A DNA stretch of 64,000 nucleotides, taken from positions 17,546,001-17,610,000 of the forward strand of contig OX597815.1 of the NCBI GenBank assembly GCA_951406725.2, in the 5' to 3' direction. A program made the position numbers and the translations under genes. The notes under the pieces are model-generated. The model searched no databases and was not told the origin of the DNA. It saw only the letters and a program-made list of their open reading frames with translations. The stretch's first letter is position 1. Every line of letters begins with the position of its first letter. The DNA is from Octopus vulgaris (Eukaryota). Below are positions 13,581 to 25,935 of the stretch, piece after piece.

Positions 13581-15659
13581 TCTCTAAAGTTTCGATTCAC
13601 TTTCATAGCTTTTCTGTACTTTTTGGACTGGATAAATTTTTTGTCCAATTTTTTTTTTTTTTTGCAAAATAATAATGGTTACTTTGCTATACATGACATA
13701 AAAATATTGATATGAAAGGCTGTTGAATAAGGAAACCAACAAGGCAGAAAAAAGGGCTTCCCAGAGTCATCCCAATAAAGAGACCAAACATCCAAGTTAT
13801 CTGAAGAATAATAAAGCAATTAAGGATATAAAGGCAAGAGGAGGAATTACAGTTGTGATGCTTAAAATAAGTGGTGGAGTAGGTTACAGGCTGGTCACCA
13901 ACATACTCAGCCAATATAATCATGTCTAGAGGCTGGTGTAGCAGCATCATCATCACCAGCAAGAAGAGCAATGGAGAAGCACTGGAGATAGGAAATTACA
14001 GAGTTAACAAAATGTTGGACCAAGGAAGTTACCGAGAGACAGAGTTATAGCTCAATTGAAAAGAAAATTGGACTAGATAAGATGCTTTGTGTCAAAAAGT
14101 CCTATCAATCATCTTCTTAGTCAAACAACTTCAGGAGAAGTACTTAGCAGAGAGCAAACCTCTATTGACATGGAAATCCTAAGATCTGGTGGTGAATTTG
14201 CTAACTTTGTAATGCCAGTGTGCATAGAGTACAGAGTACAATTTATAGCAGCTCTGTGTTTGATATTGGCTTACATGCAGATATACGTTTCTCCATTTCA
14301 AAGTTGGCTCAATTGATTTTGTGTGGTTGCACCTTTTGTGTTGTACTCTTAATTGGTTAGAATGGATCATTTCCTTCTGGTTTGATGTTTGTATAGAGCT
14401 TGAAAGTTACCATTTCTCACTAGAAAGTTTTCCTTCCTTCACTTTAGAACTCTCTCGGTATGTAGTTCTTTCACTCACGTCAACGCTGGCTGCTCAGCAA
14501 GTTCTTTTGATGAGCCAGCGGACTAAACAAACAATGTAGGCTTCTTGGAGGCATTTTTGCGCATCCTATTAGCGCCGCCATCACCTCCATGTTGCTTCCT
14601 GTTGGACCAACCAACCAACTTTCTGTACCAGAAGAAGATTTAATTTAGCCAAGTGTCACATGCTCAACTACCAGGCACACATACGGACTACTAAAAATGG
14701 TGACCATTTGGCTAAAAAATAAACAGAGAAAATCTAGTTTAAAGAGGATTCATATGAAGCATAGAGGAGAGAAGACTGTGCTGGTGGTATGGATGTTTCA
14801 TGTATGTTGAAGATGACATCTGTACAGAAAAGTGCATGATCAAACTCGATGGAGTCTATGGAAAAGGTCAATTCTACAACTTGTGCTTCTTCATCTCCCT
14901 CCTCCAAGTCACGTTCCATTGACCTTACCCACATCACCCCTTTCCCTTATCCTTTCATTACACTCCTATCTACTGCACCATTCTGCATCTGTACAAAATG
15001 AAAGCAGAATCTGTTATTATATATCATATAATGCCATCTCTATACTGCCAGTCACCACTCTCTGGCCTGTCTACTACTTCCATTCATCATCCATTTCTCA
15101 TTCTTATCCCCATTCATATTTAACCCCTCCCTCTCCAACAATACTCATCATTCACAGCATTCACCTCTATATGCAGCTGACCACCCCCTATGCTTGCAAT
15201 CATCTCACATTCTCTTCCTACACTCTTAAAACCTTACCTACCATGCTCCATGACTCTTTCATATCTACGCTCTCATCTATAATTCTCTTGGACATGTTAC
15301 CATGGTAAACATGCTCTGGCACCACATCATCACATTTATCTCTTTACCTCTCTGTAGGTTCCACTTCAGCCTCCCATCCACCCATATAAAATGTGATGTA
15401 ACCATGAACCTTCTCCAAAACTGTGAACTTCTCAGCTGCTTAAAATGACCACTCTACCGCCTATCCTACCTGTCTAACAAGGAGCACTTTAACCTTGCAA
15501 ATAACCTCTATAAAATGGCTAGCATTAGAGAAAGCACTGAACTGTAAAACCCAGGCTGATACTGGAGAAGAATGCAGCCTTCAGGCAGAAAGATTCTGTC
15601 AAAACAGCCATACTAGCATAAAAAGTGGAAGCAAAATGATCATGATAATATGTATCTTC

Positions 15660-15703
<44 letters not shown>

Positions 15704-15877
15704 TCATACACCCAAACATAAACACTGTATTAATTACAAGGTTATAGCAATATAAGGGATTTAATGACTTATCAATTATTACTTGAGATATTTATTACTG
15801 TGGATTTATTTTATTTTTATACAACATTTCTCTCTTTTTAAATATTTACGTCTGTCTATCCATATACATACATACAT

Positions 15878-16556
15878 AAGCACGACCTTCAAACTTTAGG
15901 TCTCACCAAGGAAATGACTCGAGACCGAGACCTATGGAAGTATGCGGTGCGTGAGAAGACCCGGCAGGACAAGTGAGACCATAACCCATGGCTTCTACCT
16001 GGGATGTAGCCAGTCCACTTATGCATACCTTTCCTTCTTGGGACACAAAACTCTACTTGTGAAGACCTGTTGAGGCAAGTGAGAATCAAAATCGAAATCG
16101 ATCAACATCAATGGAAATCGTAGCTGTGATACCAGTGCCGGTGACACGTAAGCGAACCATCCAAATGTGGCCGTTGCCAGTGCCGCCTCGACTGGCCTCT
16201 GTGCCGGTGGCACGTAAAAAGCACCATCCGATCGTGGCCGTTGCCAGCCTCGCCTGGCCCCTGTGCTGGTGGCACGTAAAAAGCACCATCCGATCGTGGC
16301 CATTGCCAGCCTCGCCTGGCCCCTGTGCCGGTGGCATGTAAAAAGCACCATCTGACCGTGGCCGTTTGCCAGCTGTGCTGGTGGCACGTAAAAAGCACCC
16401 ACTACACTCACGGAGTGGTTGGTGTTAGGAAGGGCATCCAGCCGTAGAAACATTGCCAGATCAGACTGGGCCTGGTGCAGCCTTCTGGCTTCCCAGACCC
16501 CAGTTGAACTGTCCAACCCTTGCTAGCATGGAAAGTGGACACTAAATGATGATGAT
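15878..16556 (+). mobile_element. 5'-truncated RTE LINE: ORF C-terminus (15878-15976) plus 3'UTR with ~60-bp internal tandem repeats and (GAT)n tail
   Basis: Frame KHDLQTLGLTKEMTRDRDLWKYAVREKTRQDK* (DR..W motif of RTE C-termini), followed by ggcacgtaaaaagcacc repeats. Confidence 0.8.
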
Positions 16557-16629
16557 ATATATATATATAAGCATAAGTATATAGATACATGTATTTGTAT
16601 ATATGTAATGCACATATTTTTGCATATTA

Positions 16630-17200
16630 TTATTAGTTTATGTCGCTGTTGATAATGGCCAAGAACATCAAACGGGAGAAGATTGGGCATATTGTTTCTG
16701 GGCTGTGGCTAACTAGTCCAATGTGTGCTCAGAAGGCTTTGCCGGAGGTTGGTCATTGGTGGTCTGCTGGGAATGAAGGCAAGGAGTTGGCTCTGCACTT
16801 GTGCAGTTCGCATTTCCCTCGTGTTCTTGCGATTCGGTTCTGTTTGTAAAAGGTGGCACCTCTTTTACTGCAGCTTTGCCAAGCAGCACAGTCTTGCATG
16901 TGTGTTTCCCAGGTGCTGGGATTGGTTTCAAAGCTTTCCTGCAAGGTTTTGAGTGCATCTTTGAAGCACTTTTTCTGTCCATGTTGCATGTACTTACCTC
17001 CCACCAGTTCGCTGTAAAACAGTCCCTTGGGGAGTCATGTATCAGCCATTGGAACAAGGTGACCTTCCTACCTGACTTGCACTCTCCTCAGCAGTGTATA
17101 AATGCTTGGCAGATCAGCTCAAAGGAGGACCTCTGAGTCTGGGACCTGGTCTTGCGAAGTGATTTTCAACAGCTTTCTCAGGCAATTCATGAGGAAGTGG
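16630..17200 (-). pseudogene. Decayed RTE/BovB-like LINE 3' end
   Basis: GQKKCFKDALK...WE...D.AAW followed by a disrupted GKAF..IGLVSH zinc-knuckle-like end. Confidence 0.65.
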
Positions 17201-17759
17201 TGTGCATATCTATCTATCTATCTATCTATCTATCTGTGTGTGTGTATAAAATAATAGCTGATATAAATGAAAGCCAGTTTGTAGTTTAATTCTCCAGTCA
17301 TGCTTTATAGATAGAGGGCAAGAGACAGTAAGAGATAAAGAGTAAGCACGAAAGGTGCAGGATGAGTGCACATGCTAGGCTTGGTGGCACTCAATGAGTT
17401 AAAGGAATGCTATACCCTCATACTAAGTCATAGAAAAAGAATCATAAAGACAGATATTGAGAGGAGAGTGAGTAAATGCCAAAGCTCTAATGAGGAGAAC
17501 AGTACAAATCAAAATTCTGTTTTACATAATCATACCTTGAGGTAACCAATGTATTCCTTTTGAAAATTAGTATTCTGTTCCTCATTTTGTATACGCACCG
17601 AGAAATTGGGAGAAAAGTTAAACTATAATTATTGTATGTATACCATACTCCTGATATTACCCATGACAGTAAAAGTGTATTAACCTGCATATATGATGTG
17701 TAACAAACTAATACATATGTATGTGTATATACACACAAATATATATATATATATATGTA

Positions 17760-19164
17760 TTGATAAAACGGTAAGATAACAAAAGAAAGAAAGAGACCTC
17801 AATATTATGTAAATAGAGGAAATTTATCTATACAATATGTTACATTACTCGGTAGTCAAGATAAAACTCTGAGTTTCAGATGCCGAAGTGGAAATCCACA
17901 ACACCATCTCTTCGGTTATCTGGCTATTTGAAAAACGTTATGAAAAAATACCGTTAAAAATGAAGGGAAATTACTCTGTTATAACTCTGCTTTGCCTGCG
18001 TACTTATACATCGCTCGCATTTTTCGTCATAAAAATTATATAAAAATACATAAAAAATATATAAAAATATATAAAAATATATAAAATCTTCTTGGGACAT
18101 AACACAGAAAGCATGTTCTATCCGTTTTCTTTAGGGGACCAAAAACGTAACAGAAATTTAGTCACATGTGGGCATGATCCGAAAAGTTCTGTCCTTGTAT
18201 TTAGACATGTGGTAGGGTCTAAGCTGCTTTTCCAGATAAGCCATCTCTCCATGTCGCATAAACCGCACCTTCCGCTGCCGTTAGTATAGGGCTTACATCT
18301 GGCCAAAATCTTCCATTGTATGTTATAATCGACACCTTTATCTCTTAAAGACCAAATATGATTGGATAATTGTGTCGCTTTTCTTTTGTTCCAGTGCCTA
18401 AAGCTCAAAGTGTGGTTATTGAACCTGGTCTTGAAATTACCCTCTGTCAGGCCCACGTATTTCTTCGTCAAAACGGTGTCTTTAGTGGTTATAGAGTTTA
18501 CGGTAGCCTCATATATGATGGTCTTGGACATGCAAGCTCCATTTAGCGGGCACAATTCTTTATTCCTGCATGAACAGCTGTTTTCTTCTTGTGTTTTTTG
18601 TATGTTATGATTGATTATGTTTTTAAAATTGGTAGTTGAACTAAAACTAATTTTTAAATTGTGTCTATTGAAGAGTTTCCTATAAGCATGGTTAACTGGA
18701 AAATGTCTATCTATCAGTGCTAGGAAATATTTACCTATATTGAAGGCCACCTCGGGTGAGTAAGGGGGCGTAAACCAGATGACCTTCCTATTTCTATTAT
18801 TCCTTTTCCTTATTGTTGGGCTGGTGATAGGTGTATATTTTATTTTTCGCTAAAACCACTATCTTTTAAAGCTTTATTATAAACTGGGGCAACGCTATTG
18901 AAGATGTCCTCATTAGATGAGAGGCTAGAAATCCTATTACTAATATTTTTAACTAAATTTTTGAATACTATAGGGGGATGGCATGAACCTACATTAATAT
19001 AACTTAGTCTATCATTGGGCTTCCTATAAGGCTTATAAATATTATTATTAAGATCTAAGGAAACGTCTAAGAAATTGACAACCGTCAGGTTAGTGTCTAT
19101 AGTTATACTAAGTCCGAAGTGTTTCATTAACTGGATAATATCCTTCCTAAAACGATCTTGTGCT
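17760..19164 (-). mobile_element. Penelope-like element (Naiad-type), left arm of the palindrome; ORF frameshifted near 18845
   Basis: Reverse complement of 19202-20541; one A missing in a homopolymer splits the ORF into 18840-19208 and 18118-18750; begins in (TA)n. Confidence 0.92.
17859..17921 (-). ncRNA. Hammerhead ribozyme in the PLE 3' region (left arm)
   Basis: Mirror of 20445-20507. Confidence 0.7.
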
Positions 19165-19184
19165 AATGAAATGCAAATGGACCA

Positions 19185-20249
19185 GCTAATACAAATGGAC
19201 CAGCACAAGATCGTTTTAGGAAGGATATTATCCAGTTAATGAAACACTTCGGACTTAGTATAACTATAGACACTAACCTGACGGTTGTCAATTTCTTAGA
19301 CGTTTCCTTAGATCTTAATAATAATATTTATAAGCCTTATAGGAAGCCCAATGATAGACTAAGTTATATTAATGTAGGTTCATGCCATCCCCCTATAGTA
19401 TTCAAAAATTTAGTTAAAAATATTAGTAATAGGATTTCTAGCCTCTCATCTAATGAGGACATCTTCAATAGCGTTGCCCCAGTTTATAATAAAGCTTTAA
19501 AAGATAGTGGTTTTAGCGAAAAAATAAAATATACACCTATCACCAGCCCAACAATAAGGAAAAGGAATAATAGAAATAGGAAGGTCATCTGGTTTACGCC
19601 CCCTTACTCACCCGAGGTGGCCTTCAATATAGGTAAATATTTCCTAGCACTGATAGATAGACATTTTCCAGTTAACCATGCTTATAGGAAACTCTTCAAT
19701 AGACACAATTTAAAAATTAGTTTTAGTTCAACTACCAATTTTAAAAACATAATCAATCATAACATACAAAAAACACAAGAAGAAAACAGCTGTTCATGCA
19801 GGAATAAAGAATTGTGCCCGCTAAATGGAGCTTGCATGTCCAAGACCATCATATATGAGGCTACCGTAAACTCTATAACCACTAAAGACACCGTTTTGAC
19901 GAAGAAATACGTGGGCCTGACAGAGGGTAATTTCAAGACCAGGTTCAATAACCACACTTTGAGCTTTAGGCACTGGAACAAAAGAAAAGCGACACAATTA
20001 TCCAATCATATTTGGTCTTTAAGAGATAAAGGTGTCGATTATAACATACAATGGAAGATTTTGGCCAGATGTAAGCCCTATACTAACGGCAGCGGAAGGT
20101 GCGGTTTATGCGACATGGAGAGATGGCTTATCTGGAAAAGCAGCTTAGACCCTACCACATGTCTAAATACAAGGACAGAACTTTTCGGATCATGCCCACA
20201 TGTGACTAAATTTCTGTTACGTTTTTGGTCCCCTAAAGAAAACGGATAG
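19185..20249 (+). CDS. 5'-truncated Penelope-like polyprotein: RT C-terminal part and thumb, linker, GIY-YIG endonuclease (no catalytic YxDD; probably non-functional)
   Basis: NFLDV, YRKP, SCHPP, WFTPPY, CSCRNKELCPLNGAC, IIY...YVG..R..H, CGLCDME, LN...CPH; the frame is open from about 19170. Confidence 0.85.
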   Translation, partial: ANTNGPAQDRFRKDIIQLMKHFGLSITIDTNLTVVNFLDVSLDLNNNIYKPYRKPNDRLSYINVGSCHPPIVFKNLVKNISNRISSLSSNEDIFNSVAPVYNKALKDSGFSEKIKYTPITSPTIRKRNNRNRKVIWFTPPYSPEVAFNIGKYFLALIDRHFPVNHAYRKLFNRHNLKISFSSTTNFKNIINHNIQKTQEENSCSCRNKELCPLNGACMSKTIIYEATVNSITTKDTVLTKKYVGLTEGNFKTRFNNHTLSFRHWNKRKATQLSNHIWSLRDKGVDYNIQWKILARCKPYTNGSGRCGLCDMERWLIWKSSLDPTTCLNTRTELFGSCPHVTKFLLRFWSPKENG

Positions 20250-20541
20250 AACATGCTTTCTGTGTTATGTCCCAAGAAGATTTTATATATTTTTATATAT
20301 TTTTATATATTTTTTATGTATTTTTATATAATTTTTATGACGAAAAATGCGAGCGATGTATAAGTACGCAGGCAAAGCAGAGTTATAACAGAGTAATTTC
20401 CCTTCATTTTTAACGGTATTTTTTCATAACATTTTCAAATAGCCAGATAACCGAAGAGATGGTGTTGTGGATTTCCACTTCGGCATCTGAAACTCAGAGT
20501 TTTATCTTGACTACCGAGTAATGTAACATATTGTATAGATA
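19202..20541 (+). mobile_element. Penelope-like element, right arm of the palindrome
   Basis: ORF plus 3' region ending in (TA)n. Confidence 0.92.
20445..20507 (+). ncRNA. Type I hammerhead ribozyme, variant core CCGAAGA, long stem II
   Basis: agataa-CCGAAGA-gatg...gtgga/tccac...catc-t-GAAA-ctcagag-TT-ttatct; 6-bp stem I, GUU triplet. Confidence 0.72.
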
Positions 20542-20840
20542 TATATATATATATGTATGTATACACACACACACATTCATATCCACACATATGTGAATAT
20601 ATAAATTATATGTGTGTGTACATACATACAAACATACCTACATACATATATAGATAAAGGTAGATGTGGCCAGTCTTTGGGGTTACCCTCAGATTCACGT
20701 CCATAAAGTGCTTAGCTTTACAGATTTCTTCAGACCCCAGGCCTATGGCCTCACTAGAAAATCTACATGTTCTTGGTTAGAGTGTGCTTCTTTTTCAGAT
20801 TTATGATTTACCAAATGATATATATGTGTATATATATATC

Positions 20841-21045
20841 AGATAATGGTGTCAATGAGACCCAAAAGTGTCAGGTAATGCTGAATAAGTGTGCTAACTA
20901 TGACTTAACTTTTCCTCTCACACCGTCTCTGATGAAGGGATATTATTAATATTCTAGAAACAGCTGTAAGACCTTCTATCTATAAATGCTCTAATATCTA
21001 CACAGCCTTGGTTTTTTTTATCTCATTATGCAAAAAATTCATGTG
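20841..21045 (+). mobile_element. Short non-coding element between TA/TATC tracts carrying a hammerhead
   Basis: Bounded by microsatellites; unrelated in sequence to the adjacent PLE. Confidence 0.6.
20925..20972 (+). ncRNA. Minimal type I hammerhead ribozyme
   Basis: gtct-CTGATGA-a-gggatatt-att-aatattct-a-GAAA-cagctg-TA-agac; palindromic stem III. Confidence 0.85.
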
Positions 21046-21589
21046 TATATCTATCTATCTATCTATCTATCTATATATATATATATACCTAATTGAATAA
21101 AGGTATGGACAGGCAAACAACAGTTATCACATCAAATTTGATTGTTTATATATATATTTATACATTGATGCAACAGTTAAAATCACAAGACTAAAAGACA
21201 TCAGTTGAGGAATGCTCCTAATGGTTGTGGTACAGGAGGTAAGTCCATATTATTGATTCTAAATAGTTAGTACTTTGAGGCAGGTCATCATAGGTAGAAC
21301 CTAAAACTGGACAAGAAAAAGGAAGATGGAATAGGTTACCATTAACACGCTAGCTGCAGACTACTTGTAGGGAACTGCACCAACTGTGCATCTATTCCTG
21401 AAAGAGCTGTAAGGGACTACCTGCATATCATCCTCCTTCTTTTCATCCAGCTTTGGAGTCTACTTATGATAACCAGCCTTAACCTACTATCTCATATCCA
21501 TAATATGGTCTTACCTTATAACTGTTCCAGGAGAATACCAGTATGTATCAAAACCATTATGAGCATTCTGCAACTGATCTATTTTTGCG

Positions 21590-21960
21590 AGCGTGATAGT
21601 TGCCCAAGTGTGATCGTTGCCAGAGCAGCTATCTGGCCTTTGTGCCAGTGGAACATAAAAGGGCACCATTCGAGCATGATCGTTACCAACACCGCCTTAC
21701 TGGCACCTGTGCCAGTGGCATCTGTAAAAAGATTCGAGTGAGGTCATTGCCAGAACAGCCTGACTGGCCCCATGCCAGTGGCACGTAAAAGCACCCACTA
21801 CACTCTCGGAGTAGTTGGTGTTAGGAAGGGCATCCAGCTGTGGAAACTCTGCCAGATCAAGATTGAAGCCTGGTGCAGCCATCTGGTTTGCCAGCCCTCA
21901 GTCAAATCGTCCAACCCATGCTAGCATGGAAAGCGGACGTTAAATGATGATGATGTGATG
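21590..21960 (+). mobile_element. RTE LINE 3'UTR fragment ((GAT)n-tail family)
   Basis: gttaggaagggcatccagctg...ccaacccatgctagcatggaaagcggacgttaaatgatgatg. Confidence 0.8.
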
Positions 21961-22027
21961 TAAAGTCCTAATCTTCAAGTTGTATCAACATATAGTCTCA
22001 CATGATTCCAGTTCTTTGATAGAGATT

Positions 22028-22393
22028 ACCGGCACAGAAGCCAGTCAAGGTGGTGTGGCCTATGCCAGCGCCGCCTTGACTGGCTTCTGTGCCGGTGGCA
22101 CGTGACCTGCTGTGCTTGAGGAGACCTATTGAGTCAAGTACTTCAACATCAAAATAAATATCAAATGGAAATTGTTGTTGTCATACCTGTGCCGGTGGCA
22201 TGTAAAAAGCACCAACCGAAAGTGGCCGATGCCAGTACCACCTTGACTGGCGTCTATACCAGTGGCATGTAAAAAGCAGCAACTGATCATGGCCGCAGCC
22301 AGCCACCCCTGGTACCTGTGCCGGTGGCACGTAAAAAGCACCCACTACACTCACAGAGTGGTTGGCGTTAGGAAGGGCAACCGGATGATGATG
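22028..22393 (+). mobile_element. RTE LINE 3'UTR fragment with a 5' fold-back (22028-22096)
   Basis: Same repeat units; accggcacagaagccagtcaagg pairs with ccttgactggcttctgtgccggt. Confidence 0.75.
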
Positions 22394-22939
22394 ATATATA
22401 TATATATATATGTATATATATACATATATTGTGTGCATAAATAGATGTAAATTTGTGACTGTTATGTTTAGAGCCCCATGTACATTAGTCAAATAAACCA
22501 AACTCCAGTGATTCTCATTTTTTGAAATCTGGTACTTCCTGTATTAGTCTTTGTTGTCAAGACTCCATGTTATGGGGACATAAACATACCAACACTGGTA
22601 AGTCAAGCAATGGTGGGCACAAACACAGGAACACTCATATATCTAAGCATCAGCATCCAATCCATGCCAGAATGGGAAATGGATGTTAAGTGATGATGAT
22701 GAGGATGATACACACGCACACACACACACACACACAAGGATTTCTATAGTGTAACCATCTACCAAATTCACTCACAAGGTATTGCACAGCCTGAGAATAT
22801 AATAGTGAACGATTCCCTAAGATGCCATGTAGTGAGACAGAACCTGAAAGCACATGGATGCAAAGTGAGTTCCTTCACCACAGATATACACTTTTCATGA
22901 TACCGTGGAATAATGACTCTCCCAAGACACAACAAAAAG

Positions 22940-22941
22940 AA

Positions 22942-22974
<33 letters not shown>

Positions 22975-23655
22975 CATATGTATGCACATATGTTTATATA
23001 TATATGTATACATACATGCATATATATATATATATACACATACATATGTATGCACATATGTTTATATATATATGTATACATACATGCATATATATATATA
23101 TATATATACACATACATACATGCATATATATGTATACATACACAGATATAGATATGTATACATACATACATATATATATATATGTATACATACATACACA
23201 GATATAGATATGTATACATACATACACAGATATAGATATGTATACATACATACACAGATATAGAAATTTATACATACATATATGTATACATATATATACA
23301 TAGATATATATATGTATACATATATCTCTGTATATATGTGCATATATATATATATATACACATATCTATGTATATGTATATATATGCATATATATATATA
23401 TATATATGCATATATATATATATATATATGCATATATATATATATGTATATAATGTATACATATATATAATGTATACATATATATAATGTATACATATAT
23501 ATAAAGTATGCATATATATATATATATATGTATGCACATATATATGTATGCATATATATATGTATGCATATATATATGTATGCATATATATATATGTATG
23601 CATACATATATATATATGTATATGTGTGTGTGTGTAGCAGTATATGTGTGTGACA
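22940..23655. repeat. Compound TA/CA/TATG microsatellite
   Basis: Direct reading. Confidence 0.95.
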
Positions 23656-23701
23656 TGTGTCAGTGCTGTAGTGTATACCATGAACTTTGTTTGATATGTT
23701 G

Positions 23702-24983
23702 TAATAATAATAATAATAATAATAATTGTGTACAGTGCTCAGGTGCACTACAACTCATCTAAAGTGTATATATAATCAGGTGAAGTTTCGGCGGATTTCG
23801 GAAAGCATGAGGGCCTTAAAAGATGCAGTGTCATGGCAGTCAACAACTGACGCAGGCAGTTTATTCCATGCTTCAGCAACTCTGAGCGTGAAAAAATGTT
23901 TCCGAAAGTCATGGGAGCTGTATTGTTTTCTGACTTTGTAGGCATGTCCACGTGTGTTAGACACATGGAGATCAAAAAGGTGTTCAGTGTTGTTGTTGGT
24001 GAGGTGGTTGATAACTTTGTGGGTGTTTACCAAGTCCGTCGCCAAACGCCGGAGCTTCAGTGAATCCATGCCCAGGGAAACAAGGCGCTCAGAATATGGT
24101 AGGTGTCTGATGGAGGGTATGCGTTTGGTTGCACGTCTCTGGACAGATTCCAGGAGGTCAATGTTCTGTGCAAGATAGGGGTTCCAAACTGATGATGCGA
24201 ATTCCAAGTGTGGTCGTACCATAGCTGTATACAGTTTTAAATAGATGGCTGGAGAGCGGCTAACAAAAGACCTGCTGAGTGATGCCAAGACACCCTCGGC
24301 CTTCCTGACAATCTTAGAGATATGCTTTGACCAACGCAAATCACTGCTGACAGTGATGCCTAGGTCACGCTCGCAAGAGGATTTCTTGATATCAGTGTTG
24401 TGGAGGGAGTATGTGAACGCAGGGTTTTTTCTCCCAAAATGCATGGTGGTACACTTGTCCACAGCCAGTTTCAGTTGCCAGTCTGTGATCCATTGCTGCA
24501 TTGTGTCTAGGTCTGATTGCAGGAAAGAGTTGTAGACATCAGGATCTGTCCTCTTGATTTCAAGGTACAGCTTGATGTCGTCTGCATATTTCAATACTGT
24601 GGCATTCTTTAAATTGGCATCTATGTCGTTAATGTATGCCACAAACAAGAGGGGGCCAAGGACAGATCCCTGTGGTACACCCGATGACATCTCATATGGT
24701 GTAGAGTGCTGTCCTAGAACTGTGACTACCTCCTTTCGGCTGAGGATGAAGGATTTCAACCAGTTAAAAAGGTCATCCCCCACACCCATTGCAGAGAGTT
24801 TCACCATAAGCCTTTTGTGTGGCACAGAGTTGAAAGCCTTAGCAAAGTCAAGGTAGACAACATCCACCCATGAGCCACTGTCAGTAATCTGAGTAATGTC
24901 CTCAAGGAACTCGACAAGCTGGTCACTGCAGCTGGAGTTAGGGACAAATCCATATTGTGAGGGTCGGATGAGACTGTGTATCA
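23702..24983 (-). mobile_element. 5'-truncated CR1/L2-group LINE with uninterrupted RT frame (23776-~24983) and (ATT)n tail
   Basis: QYGF, YLDFAKAF, GVPQGSVLGPLLF, YADD, RDLG, VRPHLEFASSVWNP; short UTR then a (TAA)n tract at 23702-23727. Confidence 0.92.
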
Positions 24984-25382
24984 CTTACTAAAGAAATAGC
25001 ACCAATGCAGAGATCTAATACGTGTAAATTGTAAATGAAGATAATTTCGACATAGGTAGCATAATTCCTCTCATATATATTTACATTTGGTTTAAATTGT
25101 GTATAAATGAGATCAACTAAAGAATTTACATGTATCTTTTTTTTCTTTTTGCTGTGTGGTCCATAAGAGATATTTGCACTGGAAAAAAAGAAGAAATAGG
25201 CAGCATTATTCAATAAACTAGCAACATGCAACAAAAGACCAGTCTCTTAGTCATGAGATTTTATTATATCTTGCAAATACTAGGCCATTGGTATAAACAT
25301 ATAAAGAAACATGCATGTACAATTAAAAAAATTTTTTTCAACATGCAGTCTCTCATTCTCTCTCTCTCTCACACACACATGC

Positions 25383-25414
<32 letters not shown>

Positions 25415-25510
25415 TAATAAAAAGGGGGTTTGTATGATAGTGTATAGAGGGATATATATTATTCAAAGGAATTCCAACTCTGTTTTTTATGTTATATTTA
25501 TATTCTTTAT

Positions 25511-25747
25511 AAGATTTATTTCTTCATTACCCACAAGGGGCTAAACATAGAGGGGACAAACAAGGACAGACAAAGGGATTAAATCAATTACATCGACCCC
25601 AGTGCGTAACTGGTACTTAATTTATCGACCCCGAAAGAATGAAAGGCAAAGTCGACCTCAGCGGAATTTGAACTCAGAACGTAATGGCAGGCTAAATACC
25701 GCTAAGCATTTCGCCCGACATGCTAATGTTTCTGCCAGCTCACCGCC
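25511..25747 (-). mobile_element. SINE family C
   Basis: TSD tattctttat at 25501-25510 and 25748-25757. Confidence 0.85.
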
Positions 25748-25935
25748 TATTCTTTATTAATGTAGAATATAGAATATATAGTATAAATAATATATATATA
25801 GTAAAATGAAATGAATATTAAATATTAGGGGACTAATATACTTTCTTGCATTTAAGCAGTCTTCAAGCTCCCAGGTTGTGACAGGAGTGTTTCAACTGTT
25901 TCAGACAGTTAGTTGAAATATTCCTGTCACAACCT

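Noticed and set aside
19239-20249. Selenoprotein-type Naiad (in-frame UGA plus SECIS)
   Set aside because: All conserved Cys codons in the retained part are TGT/TGC and there is no in-frame TGA.
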